A DNA stretch of 64,000 nt, from assembly GCF_009914755.1 (NCBI RefSeq), contig NC_060941.1; one strand, written 5' to 3'. Every line of letters begins with the position of its first letter. Within the stretch, counting starts at the first letter, position 1. The notes under the pieces are model-generated. The model saw nothing but the letters and a program-made list of their open reading frames with translations, was not told the DNA's origin and did no database searches. Position numbers and translations under genes: made by a program. This DNA is from the human T2T-CHM13v2.0 reference genome, Homo sapiens. Below are positions 56,363 to 64,000 of the stretch, piece after piece.

Positions 56363-57559
56363 CTAGCGCTCTACAGAGTACATTTGCTGACTCCTGGACT
56401 AAAGTCTTCCTCTGAGGAAGGGGTCAGGAGGGAGAAAAGGACTCAACAGGTCATTTCTTGAAGCCATTCCTCCCAGAAGGTCATTTTAGAAACCTTCACT
56501 GTCATTTTTTGTTTTGTTGTTTTGTTTGCTTTGTTTTAATGAAACCAAGTAGCAGAAAAAAAAATACTATTTAGCAGAAAAAAGTTGGCCTTTGTTTTGC
56601 TCCACCGTTTACCTTCTAATTCATTTCAGGCCCTTCTCAACTGCCCTGTGGGAGTGGTGCCACTGTCTCCTCTCTGTGTGTGGGGGTGAGGTGCCTACAG
56701 AGCATCATTTGGGGATATTGGCAAGAAGGGCTGGACGCCAATATTAAGAGAGCATTTTGGTTAATGTGTTACCTGTTTTCTGATCTTGATTTTGCAGTAA
56801 AGACAATGTTTCATACTTAGGCGTATTGCCTGCAGAAGCAGACAGCTTCTCATAGCCCAAGCCCGGGCCTCACCACGGCTGTGCTCAATGTGAGGCCTCC
56901 CTCTCTATGCCACCCCTGACCTGACTATTTATTTTTCACTCAAGGTGCCCTAGTCTTTGCAGAGACAAGCTGGCTCACAGCTTCCCCTTTCCCTTTCTGA
57001 CTGCTTAGAAGAAAGGATGCCCCCACCAGCAATGTGTCACTCAGGTTTCCTTGCATGCAAGCAACAGAAGACCCACTCTTTTGTTGGAGCAAAAGGGGAA
57101 GTAATTGAAATGCTATAGAGCAGCTCATGGAGGAAAAGGAAACACTGACAAGCCAGACTTTGGAAAGGCCAAGAACCAGCGTAGCTCTGGGCACCCAAAG
57201 AGTGGAAACAGGGGGCAGACTTTTCAGGGTGCCTTTGTGTCCCCCATCACCTCAGATGCAGCTGGGGCAATTCTTCCTGAAGGCATCCCTGACCCTGTCC
57301 CCCTCCCTGCCTTTGACTGTCATTAATTTTGGCCTGAATTCTCTACTGGACTGGGGCCCTTTAAGGGAAAGTACCTTGTCTTGCTCATCTGGGTAATCCC
57401 AATGCTTCTCAGAGCTGTGTTTGTAACAGATGGTTAGTAAAAGTTTATTGAATGCATGAGTCACTTATTGTCTGTCCTTGTGTGGAGAGTGAAGGATTAA
57501 ATCCTTCAGGTGTCTTTTCTAGCTGTAGCCCTGGTCTCAGTTTACTTTCTCCATTGTTT

Positions 57560-58489
<930 letters not shown>

Positions 58490-60328
58490 TGAATTCCAGC
58501 TGCTGTAGAAACAACACAGGGAGAAGCCCTGGTCCTGCAACAACAGCACCGATAAAAAAAAATTATTTAACTTCTTGGACGGCAGGCGTCCCAGGGCTTC
58601 CTCGGGACAAAGGTGGCTGATGCGGGAGGCTGAGCAGCCTGCCAGGCTGTCAACGTAGACCGCGTGGTACAGATGCTGGTGGCACCATAATCTCATTTGA
58701 TCTATTTCGGGAGGCAGTCAAGTGGATGAGAAAGCCCTCGGCTCCTCGGTGGAGAGAGCTAATCAGTCTGATGTCTGCCTAGGTCTGTCTCTCTGCCTGC
58801 GCACCACTGTGTAGCATTTAAAGAGAGAGACTTGGTGTGGAAAGTCTAAACACCCAGTCCTAGGAGTTTAGATGAAGGATTTTGCTTTTGAACAGCCATC
58901 CAGGAGTGAATGATGCTAAGAGCAACAGAGGGAGAACCATGGAAAGCCATGACAGTGTGCATGTGGACACTGACAGAGATCATGGCTGGACATTTGTGTC
59001 CTAGGGTGTGGGCATGAAGGGAAGAATTACAGGTTGTCTACACCCAGCCATGGTCGTAGGCAGGCAATTACGCCCAGAGAGCGTGTATATGGGTCATAAG
59101 AAGAAATGTCCCTGCACCGCCTCCGAGGAGGGAAGTATCATTGGCAATTATCCAGACATAAGAACACAGGGAGTGGAGTCTCAATCCTGGCCCTCTTCTT
59201 TGATGTGTTATGTGGGCCTGTTTCCATGCAGACAGGCTTCCAGCTTGGCCTTTGGAAAGCAGGCTAAGATTGCTGGAAAATGTGACCATTGGCATCTGCA
59301 CGATGGTATCTGTGATGCGGTGCTTCGTTCCAGGGCACCTTGTCTATCTTCTGAGATGCTATTACCTTGTGCCTACGAGCTGTACCTTCTGCTTGTGAGG
59401 TGAGAGGGCCCAGGCTGAGGGAAGGGGCTCAGAGCTTCTGTGGGGTCGTACGGCAGCTCTGGGCTTGTTGGTGGAACTTGGCTTGCCTTGACCCTTAGAT
59501 AAATCTGAATCCTTGAGGGGAGCAGGTGGGTGGGACGGGTGTACGGGTGCACATTCTCTCCTGGCCTCTGAGCCCGCCTCTCCTGCTGTTTTTCATGCCA
59601 TTTTTTCATGTTTTTTTGTGTGTTGTTCCCAAGCCAGCCCCTAAGATTTGCAGGGCCTGGGGCGAGAGTACACATGGAGCCTTCATTCCATCATCTAAAG
59701 TTATAAATCAACTAGGATAGGTCCCAACCTCCTACCCTGACAAAAGTACCTTCACAATGTCATGGAAGGCCAGGTTCAAGTTTAGAAGTTTCTGACTCCT
59801 CGGAGTTCTGCCTGGGAACTTGGGGAGTTGGAGAGCCGGCCCCAGCCCTCAGCCTGTCCTCTTCTCATCCCTGTCTCTGTTTTACTCCCAGAGTCCCAGC
59901 TTGGTCCAGAGCCCTGCAAACAGCTTGCCTCGGGTCTGTTTTGTGTGTGTGTATGTGTGTGTGTGTGTGTTTAGACTTAGCCTATTTACTATCCAGTTAG
60001 TGAATAACAGACCATGTACAAGTTATCGTCAGGTAAAAGATCAATACAACAAGAGATGTAAAGATGAAGCGTGTGTGTATGTATGTGTGGGCTGGGGGTG
60101 CGTGCGGTGTTAAGTTGCACATCTGCTGGAGTCAGATCATGGATAGCCTTGAATTACAGGCTGCAGAGCTGGGACTGAGCATGATGAGGTGGGGGTTTCT
60201 GAAGGTTCTGAGCGAAGAGGAATGAAATCGCAGCTGAACGGGAAGGAGACCAGTCAGGCAACAGCGTGGAGGAGCGGGGATGTGTCAGGAGGCTATGACA
60301 ATAACCGCAAATGTCTCTTGTTTTTCAG

Positions 60329-60379
60329 GAAGTGATGTTCTGCAATGGATCGTCCAGCGGCTTTGGATCTCCAGTCTGG
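60329..60379 (+). CDS. RGS9: RGS9 coding exon 3 (G-SDVLQWIVQRLWISSL-E)
   Basis: Acceptor tgtttttcag, donor G|GTGAGA; 51 nt, phase 1/1; DEP signature GSDVLQW. Confidence 0.96.
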
Positions 60380-60931
60380 GTGAGAGCTCATCTGGCACTC
60401 AGTTATCCGGGACAGCTTTGTGTACAGCACCATGGGAGAAACTAAATAGAGACTTAGCCTGTGTTTCTGAGAAATTTACATTTTAATTGGACAGACATGA
60501 CCTTCGTGTGTAAAAGTACCAGAATCAAAAGCAAAGGCAGGATAATTTGGGGACGAAAGAGTTATTTTGTACAAAATATTTAGAGCATAAATAACAGGGA
60601 TAAGTGGGGAGGACTCAGTCAAGAAAGTCCTGGAGGGGGTGCTGTGTATAGCTGGTCTTGAAAGAAGTGATGCTTGTGAATTGGTGAAGAGGAGCTCTGA
60701 GGGTCTTCCTATAAGGGGACACTAGCAAGAGCAATGGTTTAGAAATGGAATGAGTGGAAAGTGGAGGAGTGACAAGGGAGATTGAGAGTCATGGCTCCAG
60801 ATGGCTATGGAGGGTGGCAGAGGGGTGGAAGAGCACCTGCAGATCTGGGAGATAGGCAATAGGAAGCCACAGGCAATTTTTGAGCATGGCAATGTGCCTG
60901 ATAATCATATTTCAGCTAGGGTGCCTCGCAG

Positions 60932-61383
60932 TGTCAGGCCTCTGAGCCCAAGCTAAGCCATCATATCCCCTGTGGCCTGCACGTATACATCCAGATGGCC
61001 TGAAATGAACTGAAGAATCACAAAAGAAGTGATATTTACATGGCCTGTTCCTGACTTAACTGATGACATTCCACCACAAAAGAAGTGAAAATGGCCAGTC
61101 CTTGCCTTAACTGAGGGCATTACCTTGTGAAATTCCTTCTCCTGGCTCATCCTGGCTCAAAAAGCTCCCCCACTGAGCACCTTGTGACCCCCCACTCCTG
61201 CCCGCCAGAGAACAACCCCCCCTTTTTCCTTTACCTACCCAAATCTTATAAAACAGCCCCACCCCTATCTCCCTTCGCTGACTCTCTTTTCGGACTCAGC
61301 CCGCCTGCACCCAGGTGAAATAAACAGCCTTGTTGCTCACACGAAGCCTGTTTGGTGGTCTCTTCACACGGACACGAGTGAAA
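60932..61383 (+). mobile_element. Solo HERV-H LTR (LTR7 family, LTR7B/Y-like) in RGS9 intron 3
   Basis: Starts TGTCAGGCCTCTGAGCCCAAGCTAAGCC, ends CACACGGACACGAGTGAAA; TATA-like TTATAAAA near 61246; AATAAA 61319-61324; TSD cgcag/ggcag. Confidence 0.93.
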
Positions 61384-62214
61384 GGCAGCAATTTAGAAAA
61401 TGGATTGGAGCAGAAAGAAACTGGAGAGTAGATTTCACACTAGAAAATAGGCTGTTGGTACAATGAGGCATACAACTTTAGGACTTGGTCTTTGATGGAG
61501 GGAGCGAGACCTGGAGAGGGAGGGCTGGGGAGGAAGTCTTCCCACACCTTGGAGGCTGAGCTATGGGATGGGGAGATGGGTTGGGTCCTTGGGCTGGGGG
61601 GTCCTGCAGGAATGGAGGGATGGAATCCTCCCCAGAGGATGGAAGGATATCTGCTTTCATTGATGCTTTGGAGAAAGAACCAAGGAAGTTTGTCCTTTAA
61701 TTGATATAATTGATAAACAAGGCTGTGCTTCCGAATAAACTGGAGCAGGGTGGGAATTAAAGTGAAGTGGGAAGGAGAGGAAGGGTCTGGACCCGAGATG
61801 CAGGCAGAGGTGAGCTTGGGATAGAAGTTGGCAATAAACATGATGCTCCTTGCTCATTCTTGGAGTGACAAAGTGTCTGTTGGTCCAACAGAGACATTTT
61901 CTTCCCAGTCCTGTGACCTTTCCCAGACCCAAAGGGCCTATAGAGGCTTCTCTAGGCCTTCCTTAACCATCACCCGCTGCAGCAGACCACGTGTGGTTTC
62001 TGTTAACATCCAGATTTCCTAGTTCCCATCTAGACTTATTGAGTTGTCACTCCTGGGGATAAGACCTGGGAGGTCCTCCTTTTAGCGTGCAACCCAGCTC
62101 ACGCTTGTCCACAGCCAAGTTCAGCAACCAGTGTCCTCACTGCTCATGAGATGCAGTGCTGTTAGGAAGGGGCACCTGTCCTGGAGTTTGGGGTGCCGTG
62201 GGGGCCGGCAATGA

Positions 62215-62421
<207 letters not shown>

Positions 62422-62569
62422 TGAAAAGGTGGGGTTCATAGTTTCACAGATCAAGGACTTCAGAAATGGTGGAGGGGGCCAAGGTGGTTGGATTTCTTTA
62501 GTCACAGGGTTGGGGTCCATTGAGTCACAATCCAGTTTTAAAGCGTGGTTTCCCTGGTTTCTTTTGCAG

Positions 62570-62621
62570 ACACCGTATTTCTGGCCCACCCAGCAGTGGC
62601 CAGCTGAAGATACCGATTACG
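62570..62621 (+). CDS. RGS9: RGS9 coding exon 5 ([18 protein letters not shown])
   Basis: Acceptor cttttgcag, donor G|GTAAAT; 52 nt; R7-family TPYFWP motif. Confidence 0.97.
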
Positions 62622-62884
62622 GTAAATACTTCAGCCCCAACTATGCCTTTGGTAGTGCTTAACATGCTGCTTATTTACTTGCTGCACTTTGGTGACATTT
62701 GTCTTGCTGTCATCATGACCTTTCTGTCAGTCCACATCTGTACTGGGCATGTCCCCAGGGGCAAGGGGCTGGGTGTGCTGAGCGTTCTCTCCCCGACTCT
62801 GAGCACAGCAGCCTCAGGCTTAGGGAGGCTGCAGATGGGGTTTTGAAAGATGATGATGGAAAATGTCATTGCTTTCTTTTCCAG

Positions 62885-62943
62885 CCATCTATCTGGCCAA
62901 GCGAAATATCAAAAAGAAAGGGATTTTGGAAGAATATGAAAAG
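62885..62943 (+). CDS. RGS9: RGS9 coding exon 6 (A-IYLAKRNIKKKGILEEYEK); gene continues beyond the window
   Basis: Acceptor ttcttttccag, donor AAG|GTATGG; 59 nt; six exons total 423 nt with an open frame. Confidence 0.97.
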
Positions 62944-63237
62944 GTATGGAGGTGCTTTTAAGTAGAGGTTGTTATAATTGAGTGGAAGATAGTTTTGAGC
63001 TGTACTTTCCTCATTCCCACATCACTACATTCATATGCGCCCACATTCATATGCAATCCATCCAGCCAGCCAGCTAGCCATCCATTTATTAATTAGAAGC
63101 AGCTAGCTGAAGTAAATTCTTTCTCATGTCTAACTTCAGTTTCTCTTGCTGTAATTTAAGCCCTTGCCTCAGTGGCTACTGGGCACACAGTGGCTACCCA
63201 CTTCCTTTTGCCATCCCAAAACAATGTGACATAATAA

Positions 63238-64000
<763 letters not shown>

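Overview
Alu-dense primate DNA, most likely human chr17q24. It contains the promoter and the first six coding exons of RGS9 on the + strand (39515-62943, 141 codons, DEP and start of DHEX region); the gene runs off the right edge. The main hidden structure is an ancient direct tandem duplication of the RGS9 5' end. The upstream copy (~2460-18160) is collinear with RGS9 ~39100-57330 and carries a promoter plus first exon that are ~94-95% identical to the real ones, with ATG and phase-0 GT donor intact. It also carries several weakly conserved intron-1 blocks, a better-conserved enhancer-like block, and a decayed, frameshifted copy of exon 2 (~66% identical) that keeps its splice acceptor and is followed by poly(A) signals. 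The upstream first exon could therefore splice in frame to true RGS9 exon 2 (variant N-terminus) or to the local pseudo-exon (49-aa ORF). Other features: a 157-bp inverted repeat, a very recent templated duplication, scrambled LTR-junction copies, an orphan CpG island, a sense solo HERV-H LTR7-family element in intron 3, and many Alu, L1, L2, MIR, MaLR and MER elements. Identities are hand counts, repeat subfamily names are from recognition, and repeat boundaries are approximate.
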